From contig JAXMOL010000046.1 of the NCBI GenBank assembly GCA_034669905.1, positions 1 to 64,000 on the forward strand: a DNA stretch of 64,000 nt, in the 5' to 3' direction. How positions within the stretch are numbered: the first letter of the stretch is position 1; every line of letters begins with the position of its first letter. The notes under the pieces were generated by a model. That model ran no database searches. It was not told where the DNA came from and saw only the letters and a list, made by a program, of their open reading frames with translations. This DNA comes from Candidatus Hydrogenedentota bacterium (GTDB lineage: Bacteria > Hydrogenedentota > Hydrogenedentia > Hydrogenedentales > JAEUWI01). Of this stretch, positions 1 to 10,388 are shown piece after piece. The translations under genes were made by a program, and so were the position numbers.

Positions 1-54
1 GTGCAGTCCCCGGGGACTGCACCGACGTCATAAACCAAACCCTACCTCGGTGCA
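1..54. repeat. GC-rich palindrome / REP-like hairpin, probably truncated by the window edge
   Basis: 1-22 GTGCAGTCCCC|GGGGACTGCAC is a perfect palindrome; TGCACCGA (18-25) can also pair with TCGGTGCA (47-54). Intergenic. Confidence 0.5.
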
Positions 55-219
55 CCCCGTGGTTAGCCCACGACTTGGTCTGTGTTTCACGATCATAACC
101 GTCGGGGTCGTCCCCCTCCCATGCTACTTGCGTTCTATGCCATGTCTCCATCACTATGGATGCACCCCTCCCGCCTCCGTGTTACAGGTGGTATTACTGA
201 CAACAGAAGGACACACTCA

Positions 220-3200
220 ATGCACTTCAAGAAACCCATGCTCCTATTTATCATGGCTCTAGCGGGGCTCTTGCATCCCGCCCACGCTGCCGAGAAGCCC
301 AACATCATCTATATCATGGCCGATGACCTGGGCTATGGCGATTTGGGCTGCTACGGTCAGACCGAAATCCAAACGCCCCATATCGATACCCTCGCTTCGG
401 AGGGCATGCGCTTTACTCAGCATTATTCAGGCAGCACGGTTTGCGCGCCGAGCCGTTGCGCGTTGATGACGGGGTTGCACACCGGTCACTGTTACATTCG
501 CGGCAATAAACGGGTGAACCTCCGTCCCGAAGACGTGACGGTGGCCGAGCTCTTGAAAGCCGAAGGCTACACCACCGGCCTGGCGGGCAAGTGGGGGTTG
601 GGCATTGAAGGCGAAGAAGGGGTGCCCAATCGCCAGGGTTTTGATTTTTTCTATGGGTACCTCGACCAGCAACACGCCCACAACTACTACCCCACGTTCC
701 TCATCAAGAATGAGGAACGGGTGTCCTTGAAGAACGTCGTGCCCGACCCCAAAGAATCGGGTGCGGGCAAGGCCAGTGAAAAGGTGGAGTATAGTCACGA
801 CCTTATTGTGAACGAAGGCCTGGACTTTATTCGTCGTAACAAGGACAACCCCTTCTTCCTCTATTTCGCCCTTACTATCCCCCACGCCAATAACGAGGCC
901 CGGGAAGAAGGTATGGAAGTGCCCGACTTTGGGCCCTACGCCGAGAAGGACTGGCCCGACGCGAAAAAGGGCATGGCCGCCATGGTTACCCGGATGGATA
1001 GCGATATCGGGCGTCTGATGGCCCTGTTGAAAGAGCTGGAGATTGACGACAACACCCTCGTTATCTTCACGTCCGACAACGGCCCCCACCGTGAAGGCGG
1101 CAATGATCCCGAGTGGTTCGACAGCAATGGTCCGTTGCGTGGAATTAAGCGGGATCTCTACGAAGGGGGCATTCGGGTACCCATGATTGCCCGTTGGCCC
1201 GGCACAGTGCCCTCGGCCTCGGAAAGCGATCACATTTCGGCCTTCTGGGATTTTCTGCCCACAGCGGTCGAGGTGGCCGGTGGTAACGTGCCCAAAGGAC
1301 TGGACGGTATCTCCTACCTTCCGACCCTCACAGGGGCGGCCGACCGGCAGCAGGGCCACGAGAATCTCTATTGGGAATTTACCGAGAAGGGTGGCCGACA
1401 GGGCATCCGCGCCGGCGACTGGAAAGCTGTCCGCCTCAATGTGTTCGATAATCCCAACGCCCCCGTTCAGCTCTTCAACCTTGCCCATGATTTGAGCGAG
1501 ACGAAAAACATCGCGGCCGAGTATCCCGAAATTGCGGCCCGTCTCGCAAAGGCCATGGATGAAGCCCATGAGACATCGGCGCTCTTTCCCCTGACCAAAG
1601 CAGAGAAGCAAAGCGAAGGTGAGCCTGCAGAGAAAAAGGCCGAGGCGAAGCCCAAACGTAAACCCATTGTTACGTGGGACGTGGACGACGTTTTCTGTTT
1701 CGCGCTTTATACCGTGGAAGACCACATCCTCAAACTCACCGCCCAGCTTTACCCCTTGGCTAGTGACGATCACACGGTGCGCCTCGAAGTAGAGGACGGC
1801 GATGGCTGGAAAGAAATCGCCACGACCACGGTGGTGAACCCCGGCTGGACCGCGCCCTTTCGGGTGGAAGGCTGGGACACGACCCGAGACTGGCGCTACC
1901 GCGTAGCCTATGGCGCACACCACACCTACGAGGGTCGCATTCGCAAAGACCCGGTGGATAAAGAAGAAATCGTTGTCGGTGCCTTTACCGGAAACTCCAA
2001 CCGCGAACGGGGATTGAAACCCGATATCATCGCGAACATCACGGCCCAGGACCCGGACTTGTTGTTCTTCTCTGGCGATCAGTCCTATGACCACAAGCGG
2101 CACTACGAAGCATGGCTCCTCTTCGGCCAGCAGTTTGGTGAGATTATCCGCGACCGCCCCACCATTGCGATCCCCGATGACCACGATGTGGGCCAGGGCA
2201 ATATCTGGGGTGCGAGCGGCAAGAAGGCGTCGACTCCTGCCGGACCGGACGGCGGCTATTTTGAGCCAGTGGAATACGTCAACGAAGTTCAGCGTGCCCA
2301 GACGAGTCACCTGCCGGACCCCTTCGACCCCACACCGGTGCAACGGGGCATCACGGTCTATTACACCTCCCTGAATGTGGGCGGCGTCGATTTTGCCATC
2401 ATTGAAGATCGCAAGTTTAAGTCGGGTCCTGAGGGCCTGGTTCCCAAACAGGGGCCCCGTCCCGACCACATCAACGACCCCAACTTTGACCCCATGTTGG
2501 CCGATGTGGAAGGTGCTGTGCTGCTGGGTGAGCGCCAGCTTAGTTTCCTCGACACCTGGGGACAAGACTGGGACGGTGCCGAAATGAAAGCGGTATTGTC
2601 GCAGACCGTATTCGCCAATGCGGCCCATCTCCACGGGAAGAATTCCGAGCGCCTGATCGCCGATTTGGATTCCAACGGCTGGCCCCAGACGGGACGTCGG
2701 AAGGCCCTGGAAGTCATCCGGAAGCCCTTCGCCTTCATGTTGGGCGGTGACCAGCATCTCGCGACCGTGATTCACCATGGCACGGAAGACTGGAACGATG
2801 CGGGCTATTCCTTCTGCGTACCCTCTATTTCCAACTACTACGGCCGTTGGTGGTCGCCGTTGGACGAGCCGAAGAATCACCCGGGTGGCCCCCTGCCCCA
2901 CACGGGCGATTATGTGGACGGACTGAAGAATAAAATCACCATGCTGGCTTATGCCAATCCGACGGAAGAAAACTACCAGGCGGCCGGGTATGGATTGGTG
3001 CGCTTCAACAAGAATGACCGCACCATTACGATGGAATGTTGGCCCCGTTTTGTGGATGTGACCCAACCTGATGCGAAACAACATCCCGGCTGGCCGGTCA
3101 CGGTTTCCCAGGAAGATAACTACGCCCGTAAGGCCGTAGCGTGGTTGCCTGTAATTACCGGAGAAGCGGAGCAGCAGCCTGTGGTCCAAGTGCTTGAAGA

Positions 3201-3378
3201 AGCTTCGGGTGAGGTGGTGTATACCCTTCGCCTGAAGGAGTTGCCCTGGCAGCCGAAAGTCTTCTCGGAGGGTAGCTATACGCTCCGTATCCGTGAGGGG
3301 ATCCATGAAAAATCGGTGAAGGGCCTCGCTGCAGTGAAGGACAAGGCAATGGCCCAGTCCCTCCCCATTCCGTGGTGA
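220..3378 (+). CDS. Secreted arylsulfatase fused to a C-terminal PhoD-like (alkaline phosphatase D) metallophosphoesterase
   Basis: ATG 220 after AGAAGG; signal peptide ending AHA|A; sulfatase motifs PNIIYIMADDLG, CAPSR..LMTG, GKWGLG, SDNG, KxxLYEGGIRVP; second half has GDQSY, DDHDVG, DSNGW, GDQH typical of PhoD-like enzymes. Confidence 0.85.
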   Translation: MHFKKPMLLFIMALAGLLHPAHAAEKPNIIYIMADDLGYGDLGCYGQTEIQTPHIDTLASEGMRFTQHYSGSTVCAPSRCALMTGLHTGHCYIRGNKRVNLRPEDVTVAELLKAEGYTTGLAGKWGLGIEGEEGVPNRQGFDFFYGYLDQQHAHNYYPTFLIKNEERVSLKNVVPDPKESGAGKASEKVEYSHDLIVNEGLDFIRRNKDNPFFLYFALTIPHANNEAREEGMEVPDFGPYAEKDWPDAKKGMAAMVTRMDSDIGRLMALLKELEIDDNTLVIFTSDNGPHREGGNDPEWFDSNGPLRGIKRDLYEGGIRVPMIARWPGTVPSASESDHISAFWDFLPTAVEVAGGNVPKGLDGISYLPTLTGAADRQQGHENLYWEFTEKGGRQGIRAGDWKAVRLNVFDNPNAPVQLFNLAHDLSETKNIAAEYPEIAARLAKAMDEAHETSALFPLTKAEKQSEGEPAEKKAEAKPKRKPIVTWDVDDVFCFALYTVEDHILKLTAQLYPLASDDHTVRLEVEDGDGWKEIATTTVVNPGWTAPFRVEGWDTTRDWRYRVAYGAHHTYEGRIRKDPVDKEEIVVGAFTGNSNRERGLKPDIIANITAQDPDLLFFSGDQSYDHKRHYEAWLLFGQQFGEIIRDRPTIAIPDDHDVGQGNIWGASGKKASTPAGPDGGYFEPVEYVNEVQRAQTSHLPDPFDPTPVQRGITVYYTSLNVGGVDFAIIEDRKFKSGPEGLVPKQGPRPDHINDPNFDPMLADVEGAVLLGERQLSFLDTWGQDWDGAEMKAVLSQTVFANAAHLHGKNSERLIADLDSNGWPQTGRRKALEVIRKPFAFMLGGDQHLATVIHHGTEDWNDAGYSFCVPSISNYYGRWWSPLDEPKNHPGGPLPHTGDYVDGLKNKITMLAYANPTEENYQAAGYGLVRFNKNDRTITMECWPRFVDVTQPDAKQHPGWPVTVSQEDNYARKAVAWLPVITGEAEQQPVVQVLEEASGEVVYTLRLKELPWQPKVFSEGSYTLRIREGIHEKSVKGLAAVKDKAMAQSLPIPW

Positions 3379-3609
3379 CGTGTCGGTCGTTTGCGGAGTC
3401 GCTGTCGGCAGAAACTGTATCCAAGTACGGTCAGTCGAGCCTTTTCGTTTTTGGTGTTGAAAACGAATCGACAACCGTGCCCCATGTTACTTGGATTCCC
3501 TCCCTCCTTCCTGCGTGATGTTTGGTTGAACTTTCTTCGTAGCGCTGGGCTCCGCTTCGTTTTTGAGACTTCTGCAGCACCAACATTCAGTGAGGTAATA
3601 GCACGGTCT

Positions 3610-4824
3610 ATGAAAAATACTGACATTCAATTCTCAAGTGCCTTTGTGGATAGATTTCAGATATCGCCCTATCAACAAGGCGCGCTGGACAATCTTACGT
3701 TTGCGGTAAAAGACAATATCGATATAGCCGGCTATGGCACTTCGAATGGAAGTAAGCGGTGGCTTGACTCGCACACGTCGGCTGTCAGCCACGCCGTTTG
3801 CGTGGAACAGGTCTTGAATGCTGGTGCGACCTGCATCGGGAAAGCTGTAACCGACGAACTCACATGTAGTCTGGACGGTGAAAATCCCTTTTATGGAACG
3901 CCACTGAATCCCAGTGCACCAGAACGCGTTCCTGGCGGTTCCTCCAGCGGTTCTGCATCCGCTGTTGCATGCGGCGCGGTCGACTTCGCGATCGGCACAG
4001 ATAGCGCAGGTTCAACCCGCGTTCCGGCCAGCAACTGTGGCGTTTGGGGGATGAGACCAACAACACACCGCATATCTGAGTCGGGAATAATCCCATTCGC
4101 GCCGAGTTCAAGCACGGTCGGTGTTTTTGCAAACGAGCTTTCCGTTTTGGAAAAAGTCGCGAAGGTCTTGCTTTCCAGTGAAGACACGCCCCAGGAGGCT
4201 CCCAAGAAACTCTACCTGCTGGAAGACGCTTTCTCTATTGCGGACAAGGAGATGAGTGACGTTTTGAGAGAGCGGATATCCGCCTTGCTCCGGAATACGG
4301 GCATGGTCACATCATCTATTACACTTGACGAAATTACCGGCGAAGAAAGTAGTCTACGTTCATGGCAAGAGGAGATCTTTTCGCCCATCCAATGTGTGGA
4401 GATTTGGAACGCTGTTGGCGCATGGATAGATACGGAAGCGCCGAAGTTGGGGCCTCGCGTCCAAGATGCCATGATGTACTTTAGACAGTTCGACCGAAAG
4501 GAACTCAATGCCGCCCTATGCTTACGAGAAAAAATGTTCAACCGCATTTCCCGTTTCATGAAAACGGGCGTGCTTGTTTGCTTTCCAACAACGCCAACGG
4601 TAGCGCCGCGAAAAGGGGAACTAGACGATTTAGCACGTTGTCGCGAATACTATGGTCGCACGATGGGGATTACCTCTTTCTCCGGTGTAGCCGCGCTGCC
4701 TGAAGTCACGGTTCCGATCACCCGTATCGATGGGGCACCAGTAGGAGTTTCATTCGCCGCAGCGAGTAGGCAGGATGAATTCTTGCTCTCTGCACTGTCG
4801 AAACTGTCGAGCGCTTTGAACTAA
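3610..4824 (+). CDS. Amidase signature family protein (AMI1-like)
   Basis: ATG 3610 after GAGGT; FAVKD (Lys), GGSSSGSASAV and GTDSAGSTRVPASNCG give the Lys-cisSer-Ser triad. Confidence 0.9.
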   Translation: MKNTDIQFSSAFVDRFQISPYQQGALDNLTFAVKDNIDIAGYGTSNGSKRWLDSHTSAVSHAVCVEQVLNAGATCIGKAVTDELTCSLDGENPFYGTPLNPSAPERVPGGSSSGSASAVACGAVDFAIGTDSAGSTRVPASNCGVWGMRPTTHRISESGIIPFAPSSSTVGVFANELSVLEKVAKVLLSSEDTPQEAPKKLYLLEDAFSIADKEMSDVLRERISALLRNTGMVTSSITLDEITGEESSLRSWQEEIFSPIQCVEIWNAVGAWIDTEAPKLGPRVQDAMMYFRQFDRKELNAALCLREKMFNRISRFMKTGVLVCFPTTPTVAPRKGELDDLARCREYYGRTMGITSFSGVAALPEVTVPITRIDGAPVGVSFAAASRQDEFLLSALSKLSSALN

Positions 4825-4917
4825 AGAAAATGGAGCGGATCTTGTTGTCCAGACGGGGCGTGGTAAGAGGCCGGAAACGAATTGCAGACTGTGCCTCGGC
4901 GGTTATGGTTTATAATT

Positions 4918-4946
4918 TTGGCATGCACCACTCAAGGGCCTATAAT
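4918..4946 (+). promoter_or_regulatory. Sigma70-type promoter upstream of pfk
   Basis: TTGGCA-N17-TATAAT, ending about 70 nt before the pfk ATG. Confidence 0.6.
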
Positions 4947-5017
4947 ACCGACTTGATGTCACCAATCGAGAAAGTCGGGATTGGTCACAAACCCCTACCT
5001 GGAAAGATGCTGATTAC

Positions 5018-6148
5018 ATGTCCACCAAATTGAGAACTGTTGGTATTCTCACTTCCGGCGGCGATTGCCCCGGACTCAATGCCGTGATTCGTGCGATTAC
5101 GAAAACCCTAACGCCGGAAGGGGTCGAAATTCTCGGCATTCTGGAAGGCTTCAATGGCCTGGTTGAGAATCGATATATTCGACTCAGTGATGCCGACACG
5201 AGCGGCTTGCTCACCGTGGGTGGCACCATCCTGAAGACCAGCCGGAATAAGCCCCACAAGATGCCCGGACCGGACGGGACGGTGCGTGACATGACGGGTG
5301 CGGCACTGGAGAATTGTCGCCGCATGAACCTCGACTGCCTCTTTTGCCTCGGCGGTGGCGGTACGCAGAAAAACGCCTTTCGCTTGATGCAGGAAGGCGG
5401 GCTCAATGTCATCACCGCGCCCAAGACCATCGATAATGACGTCTGGGGTACAGACACCTGTTTTGGCTTTGACACCGGCATGTCTATTGCCACCGAAGCC
5501 ATCGACCGCCTCCACACGACGGCCAGCAGCCACCACCGGGTGATGGTGGTTGATATCATGGGCCATAATTCTGGCTGGCTCGCGCTGGGTTCCGGTATCG
5601 CGGGCGGTGCCGATGTGATCCTGATTCCCGAGATTCCCTACGACATCGATATCGTGGCCCAATCGCTGCTCGGCCGTATGCGCCGGGGCAAGATGTTCAG
5701 CATCGTGGCCGTAGCCGAAGGCGCCGTTTCGAAAGAAGACGCCGAACGGCTTCAGGCGATGGATGGCAAGAAAAAACGTAAGAAAAAAGAAGGCAAGGAA
5801 ATTGAGCATATCAAAGAGCCGGTGAGTTCCATTCTCGCCGAGCACCTGGAAGATGTTACGGGACTGGAGACCCGTGTGACCTCCCTCGGACATCTCCAAC
5901 GAGGTGGCATCCCCACTCCAACCGATCGTCTGCTCTGCACCAAATTCGGCACCCATGCGGCTGACCTGGCCCTCAAAGGTCAGTTCGGGTGTATGGTGGC
6001 GAAGCAGGGGGAAGAATTCGTCGCGGTTCCTCTGGAAGATGTCGTCGGGAAAAAGCGCCTGGTGACCCTCGACCATCCCTGGATTCGTGCTGCCCGGGAT
6101 GTTTCGGTCTGTTTGGGTGATGTGTTGCCTAAGGGCCTTGAATCGTAG
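5018..6148 (+). CDS. pfkA: 6-phosphofructokinase, group III type, likely ATP-dependent
   Basis: [13 protein letters not shown] (Gly at the PPi/ATP specificity position), [22 protein letters not shown]. Confidence 0.93.
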   Translation: MSTKLRTVGILTSGGDCPGLNAVIRAITKTLTPEGVEILGILEGFNGLVENRYIRLSDADTSGLLTVGGTILKTSRNKPHKMPGPDGTVRDMTGAALENCRRMNLDCLFCLGGGGTQKNAFRLMQEGGLNVITAPKTIDNDVWGTDTCFGFDTGMSIATEAIDRLHTTASSHHRVMVVDIMGHNSGWLALGSGIAGGADVILIPEIPYDIDIVAQSLLGRMRRGKMFSIVAVAEGAVSKEDAERLQAMDGKKKRKKKEGKEIEHIKEPVSSILAEHLEDVTGLETRVTSLGHLQRGGIPTPTDRLLCTKFGTHAADLALKGQFGCMVAKQGEEFVAVPLEDVVGKKRLVTLDHPWIRAARDVSVCLGDVLPKGLES

Positions 6149-6175
6149 CCCCCACCCCCTATTGATTAGAAACTT

Positions 6176-6211
6176 CGCCGCCCAAATTCAGCTGGGCGGC
6201 GTTTTTTATTT
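6176..6211 (+). terminator. Rho-independent terminator of pfk
   Basis: CGCCGCCCA-8 nt loop-TGGGCGGCG followed by TTTTTTATTT. Confidence 0.8.
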
Positions 6212-6345
6212 GCAGGGGCATGAATAATCGATGTTGCCCGGCGGTACTACCTTCAACAACGGGGCCGGTTAACCGGCTGCGGCAGTGTTGGCCTCGTCCC
6301 CAGGGGGCATTCCTGGGGCGAGGTTCCGTCGTGGCGGAGTGTCTG

Positions 6346-6663
6346 TCAGGGCGTCACGAACTTCAATCCCGCGATTCCTGCGACGATTAACAGCAGGCAA
6401 AAAAGCCGCGCAACCGTCGCGGCTTCCCCAAACAGGACGATGCCGAGCACGACCGTGCCCACCGCCCCGATGCCGGTCCATACGGCGTAGGCGGTACCGA
6501 CGGGCAGGTCCTTCATGGCGATTGAAAGCAGCCCGAAGCTGAATCCCATGGTGACCAGCGTCGCGACCGACGGCCAGAGCCGCGTAAATCCCTCGGAATA
6601 CTTGAGCCCGATGGCCCAACCGACTTCCAGGAGGCCAGCGATAATCAAGAGAATCCAGCTCAT
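6346..6663 (-). CDS. sugE: SMR-family exporter, SugE/Gdx (guanidinium exporter) subtype
   Basis: 105 aa, 4 [15 protein letters not shown] (G10, E13, W16), [16 protein letters not shown]; start overlaps the upstream stop (ATGA). Confidence 0.9.
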   Translation of the reverse strand: MSWILLIIAGLLEVGWAIGLKYSEGFTRLWPSVATLVTMGFSFGLLSIAMKDLPVGTAYAVWTGIGAVGTVVLGIVLFGEAATVARLFCLLLIVAGIAGLKFVTP

Positions 6664-9600
6664 GAAGTACTTTCCAGGTGCCCACCAGGGGGCATCGGAA
6701 TGTCCATGGAGCGGACGTGGATATCCCGTTGTGGAAAGGGAATTTCAATGTGGTGGGCGCGAAATGCGGCATCAATCTGGGTGTGCATGGCATCCTTGAT
6801 AGGCAGGTAAGAGTCAAGATCGGGGCTGTGTACCCGGAGTTCAAAGTCCAGCGAACTATCCCCGAAGCCCCGGAAGTAGACCACGGGTTTGGGGTCTTCC
6901 AGTACCAACTCATGGGCGTTGGCCACTTCGAGCATCAGTCGCCGTGCCAGCTCCACGTCGGACCCATAGGCAATACCCACCGGGATCTCGACACGAAGCA
7001 CCTGGTCAGACAAGGTCCAGTTGACGAGCCGTCCCGTGACGAATTCCTTGTTGGGCACGATGAGCTCCTGCCGGTTAAAGGCCGTAATCCAGGTGGCGCG
7101 AATGCGGATACGGGATACCGTGCCGCTGATGTCCCCCACCGTTACCGTATCGCCTACCCGAATGGGGCGTTCGAAGAGAATGATGAGGCCCGACACGAGG
7201 TTGGCGAATATTTCCTGTAACCCAAAGCCCAGTCCCAGACCGACGGCGGCGACAAGCCACTGTATCTTGCTCCAGCTGAGACCAATGACGGTAAAGGCCC
7301 AGATGCCCCCGGCCACGGTCAACACATAGGCGACGATACTCTTTACGGCGTAGCGCTCCCCCGCGATGAGGGTGAGACGTTCGAGCAAGACGATCTCCAG
7401 CAAGCCCGGAAGGTTCTGTACGGCGATGAAGGTGATTCCGACGATAAACAGGAAGAATACGGCATCACGCAGGGTGATAGGGACGACGACGGGCTCGGAG
7501 AGGATTTCGGTTTCCTCCGTATCAGGATTGAGCACTTCCCGCTGCACGGTGTCGTAGGTTTCCCACAGGGTCTGGTTGTCCAAAACGCTGAGGGCCGGCA
7601 GGTCAGGTGACCAGATGAGGTAGGCGGCCACCGCAAGACAGGCCACGAATCCGCTCTTAATGAGCCGCATGGACTGTGCGTCCACACGGGCGAGATTGAT
7701 TTCCTGCGCTTTTTCCAGCGCCGCATCGGTCGCGCTGCTCGTTGAATCCCGCGCAGCCTCACGGCGTTTTCTCGCTTGTTCCCGGGCCAATCGCTTCCGG
7801 GTAATGGTCATCCAGCGCAATAACAGCTGAATGACAAGAATAAGGCCCAATACACACAACATGGTGGCATGGAGTTGGCTCGCAATATGGAGGGCGGAGT
7901 AATAGAACCCCAGGCCGGCAACCACGAAGAGGGTCAGCGGTATCCCGAGTCCAATCAGGTAACCAAAGCGCCGGGCGTAGAGACTACTTTTTCCGCGGGC
8001 CAGCTCAATGAGATCAAAGAGTGAACCATTGCGTTTGCGAAGGAGCTGATGGAGGGCGAGGGTGAGCATGAGCATACTCACCATGAAGCAAAGACGCCCC
8101 AGGGAGTCTTCCGCGTGATTGTCGCCATATTGCGAGAGTGCCGAGATGACGTATACGAGCGGCAGCGACAGGATTTCCAACCAGAGCAAGGTCTTATAAA
8201 CCCCTCGACAGGCCTTCTCCGACCAGTTGAAGTGGGCCACGCCGAGACCGCTACGTTTCAGAACTTCGCGGGTAAAGTCGAGACTCCACAGCACGAGCGC
8301 CGCGTTGAAGAGTCCGTTTCCCGCCGCACTGGTGTAGTCGGTACTGGCATAGGAGGCCGAAAGGCGCCAACCGACCAGGGCCAAGGCAAGCGGAAGATCG
8401 AGGGACAAGATGAAGGTGTAGACCATTGCGTTGAAGGTCGGGCGCAATTGAATATTGCCCCTTTTCTTCACCAGTTCCGCCGATTGGCGCAAACGACGGC
8501 GAAAGGGGCGCCGGGCAAGAAAGAGGATTAAGAGTAAGAGGGTGGTCAGTCCCGTTGGTACGGGATTCGCCTTGGCATCGGTCCACAACGCATTGTTTAT
8601 TTCGTCCACCTGGCGGGCATCCAGGAGCCAGAGTAAGGCCGCACGGGAATCCTTCAGGAGGGACAGCCCCAGCGGACTGCCGCTGCGGACCCACAAGACC
8701 CGCTCCTGAATGTAGGTGTCCATTTGCTTCACCTTGTCAATCAGTTGGAGCTCGGAGGTGTCCAAATCGATGAGTTTGTCGTAGTATTTTTCCTGGAAAG
8801 AGGTTTTCTCGTAGAGCAGGTTGCGCTTTGTCTCGTAATACTGCCGCAGAATCTTGCGAATCGTTTCCCGCTGTTCATCGCTCAGGTCGGTTGAGAGTTC
8901 GTTCAGTACAGAGGTGATTTTGGAGTCGATATCCGCGAGTTCACGCCGGTCCTCTTCCGCCTGAATCTGGTCAATCTGGACCGTGGCGATTTCTTCTTGC
9001 CGCTGGGCGATTTCACGCTCCATGGTCCGCACATCTGGCAGACTTTGGCGGTGCCCCCGGAGCAACAGGCCGATAACCGCGCTACTTCCCGCGGCATCGA
9101 CTTTCTTCTTGAGGCGGGTGAATTCACTCTCGAGTTGATTGAGGTGGGCCTCCACCGCTTCCCGCCGGGCGTCGCTGCGTTCCATTTTCTGGATCAGGCC
9201 CGTGGCCCCGGTCTGCTCGCGGGTCAGGTCCGCATTCTCCGTGGCGAGATCCTGAACCAATTGGCGCACCTCGATGGGGGCATTGGCGGCTTCAAGAATT
9301 GCCTCCCGCGCGGCAATTTCTGCCTGGCGGGCTTCCTCTTGCCGCTTGATCGCAAGTTTCTCGCGCCAGCGCTCGGCCAACGATTTGGCACGCTGCACAT
9401 TGCGGGTCGCCAGGTCGACACGGAGCGCCAGAAGGCGACCCCGGGCATCGTAGCTGCTCAGCTCTTCGGTATGGGACCGTAGTTCCTGCTCAGCGAGGAT
9501 GATCTTCGCGCGGGTCAACACATTGCGCGCGGCGGTGATTTCATTGCTCTCGGTGGCGGCGGGTGCCGTGTTGAGCAGGGCTCGGGCCGCATCCAGACGG

Positions 9601-10154
9601 GCCCGGGCTTCGGTCTGAAGGCCGGGAAGTTGTCGGCGACGTTCTGCCCGGCGGGACGATTCCTGCTCCAGTTCTGCGACGGCCGTCTGGGCTACATCCA
9701 GGGCACTCTCGGCCTCGGCCACTTTCCCTTCTATTTCGGATGCCTTGAGGGCGTCCGCATCAGCCAACAGGGCCGTTCCATCCTCGGAAAGGGAGTTGCT
9801 TGCACTCTCCAGCTCGATTTGACGTGCTTCGATGAGGGCGGGGGCATCCACACGAAGCTGTTCGAATTGGTCGGCCTTTGCCCGCCAGTCATCCGCACTT
9901 TTCAGGTGTTCCAGGGCCTGGGTGTAGAGGGGTACCAATACGGATTTGCTCGCCTCGTCGAGGGTCGTGCTTTCCTGGACGCCCTTGAGCCGCCCTTCCA
10001 GGTGGGTGGCCGTAATTTCTTCCGGCACAGGGGCCGAAGCAGACACACTGGTCCCATTCTCTTGCGCTATCGCGGGGCATGGTGCGAACGCGGAAAAAAG
10101 GAGGGTGAGGAGAATCAGGATGAAAAGTGGATAGCGTCGTGCCAGGGATTGCAT
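6660..10154 (-). CDS. Large MscS-family mechanosensitive channel (MscK/KefA-like)
   Basis: ATG 10154 after GGAG; signal peptide, long periplasmic coiled coil, multi-TM region, [44 protein letters not shown]. Confidence 0.9.
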   Translation of the reverse strand: MQSLARRYPLFILILLTLLFSAFAPCPAIAQENGTSVSASAPVPEEITATHLEGRLKGVQESTTLDEASKSVLVPLYTQALEHLKSADDWRAKADQFEQLRVDAPALIEARQIELESASNSLSEDGTALLADADALKASEIEGKVAEAESALDVAQTAVAELEQESSRRAERRRQLPGLQTEARARLDAARALLNTAPAATESNEITAARNVLTRAKIILAEQELRSHTEELSSYDARGRLLALRVDLATRNVQRAKSLAERWREKLAIKRQEEARQAEIAAREAILEAANAPIEVRQLVQDLATENADLTREQTGATGLIQKMERSDARREAVEAHLNQLESEFTRLKKKVDAAGSSAVIGLLLRGHRQSLPDVRTMEREIAQRQEEIATVQIDQIQAEEDRRELADIDSKITSVLNELSTDLSDEQRETIRKILRQYYETKRNLLYEKTSFQEKYYDKLIDLDTSELQLIDKVKQMDTYIQERVLWVRSGSPLGLSLLKDSRAALLWLLDARQVDEINNALWTDAKANPVPTGLTTLLLLILFLARRPFRRRLRQSAELVKKRGNIQLRPTFNAMVYTFILSLDLPLALALVGWRLSASYASTDYTSAAGNGLFNAALVLWSLDFTREVLKRSGLGVAHFNWSEKACRGVYKTLLWLEILSLPLVYVISALSQYGDNHAEDSLGRLCFMVSMLMLTLALHQLLRKRNGSLFDLIELARGKSSLYARRFGYLIGLGIPLTLFVVAGLGFYYSALHIASQLHATMLCVLGLILVIQLLLRWMTITRKRLAREQARKRREAARDSTSSATDAALEKAQEINLARVDAQSMRLIKSGFVACLAVAAYLIWSPDLPALSVLDNQTLWETYDTVQREVLNPDTEETEILSEPVVVPITLRDAVFFLFIVGITFIAVQNLPGLLEIVLLERLTLIAGERYAVKSIVAYVLTVAGGIWAFTVIGLSWSKIQWLVAAVGLGLGFGLQEIFANLVSGLIILFERPIRVGDTVTVGDISGTVSRIRIRATWITAFNRQELIVPNKEFVTGRLVNWTLSDQVLRVEIPVGIAYGSDVELARRLMLEVANAHELVLEDPKPVVYFRGFGDSSLDFELRVHSPDLDSYLPIKDAMHTQIDAAFRAHHIEIPFPQRDIHVRSMDIPMPPGGHLESTS

Positions 10155-10299
10155 CGTCGCGGCGTCTCCGGATTGCATAATGCGGAATAGCGTCGCGCAA
10201 GAGGTCCCGGGGGCCCCGGTGCCCCACGCAAACACCGTGGGATGGGTGGGGTTGGCTGCGCCGTAGCAGGGTGCAGCGTGCGATCACTACCGTCTGCCT

Positions 10300-10329
10300 A
10301 GTATACCCACTGACAGAAAGGCCGGGCAA
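10300..10329 (-). promoter_or_regulatory. Candidate sigma70 promoter for mscK-sugE, overlapping a hairpin (10320-10351) that may terminate the upstream gene
   Basis: Minus strand TTGCCC-N18-TATACT; GGTCGGGCAA...TTGCCCGGCC-TTTCT. Confidence 0.4.
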
Positions 10330-10388
10330 ACGATTCGCACGTTGCCCGACCAGTATGGGGTGATTCTCGGTGTTTCCCGGGAAGAAGG

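Noticed and set aside
82..219. Upstream extensions in the ORF track (e.g. starts 82, 3391, 10235, 24547, 25844, 55062, 58212)
   Set aside because: Downstream ATGs have RBSs and place signal peptides or family N-termini correctly.
427..3474. 1015-aa antisense ORF, and similar long antisense ORFs at 15726-17006, 17067-18497, 26608-28095, 42862-44664 and 47330-48817
   Set aside because: Shadow frames of well-supported genes caused by GC-rich codon bias; no recognisable motifs.
10155..10388. Guanidine riboswitch controlling sugE
   Set aside because: No ykkC-I core, paired ACGR hairpins or ykkC-III pattern recognised by eye; an Infernal scan would be decisive.
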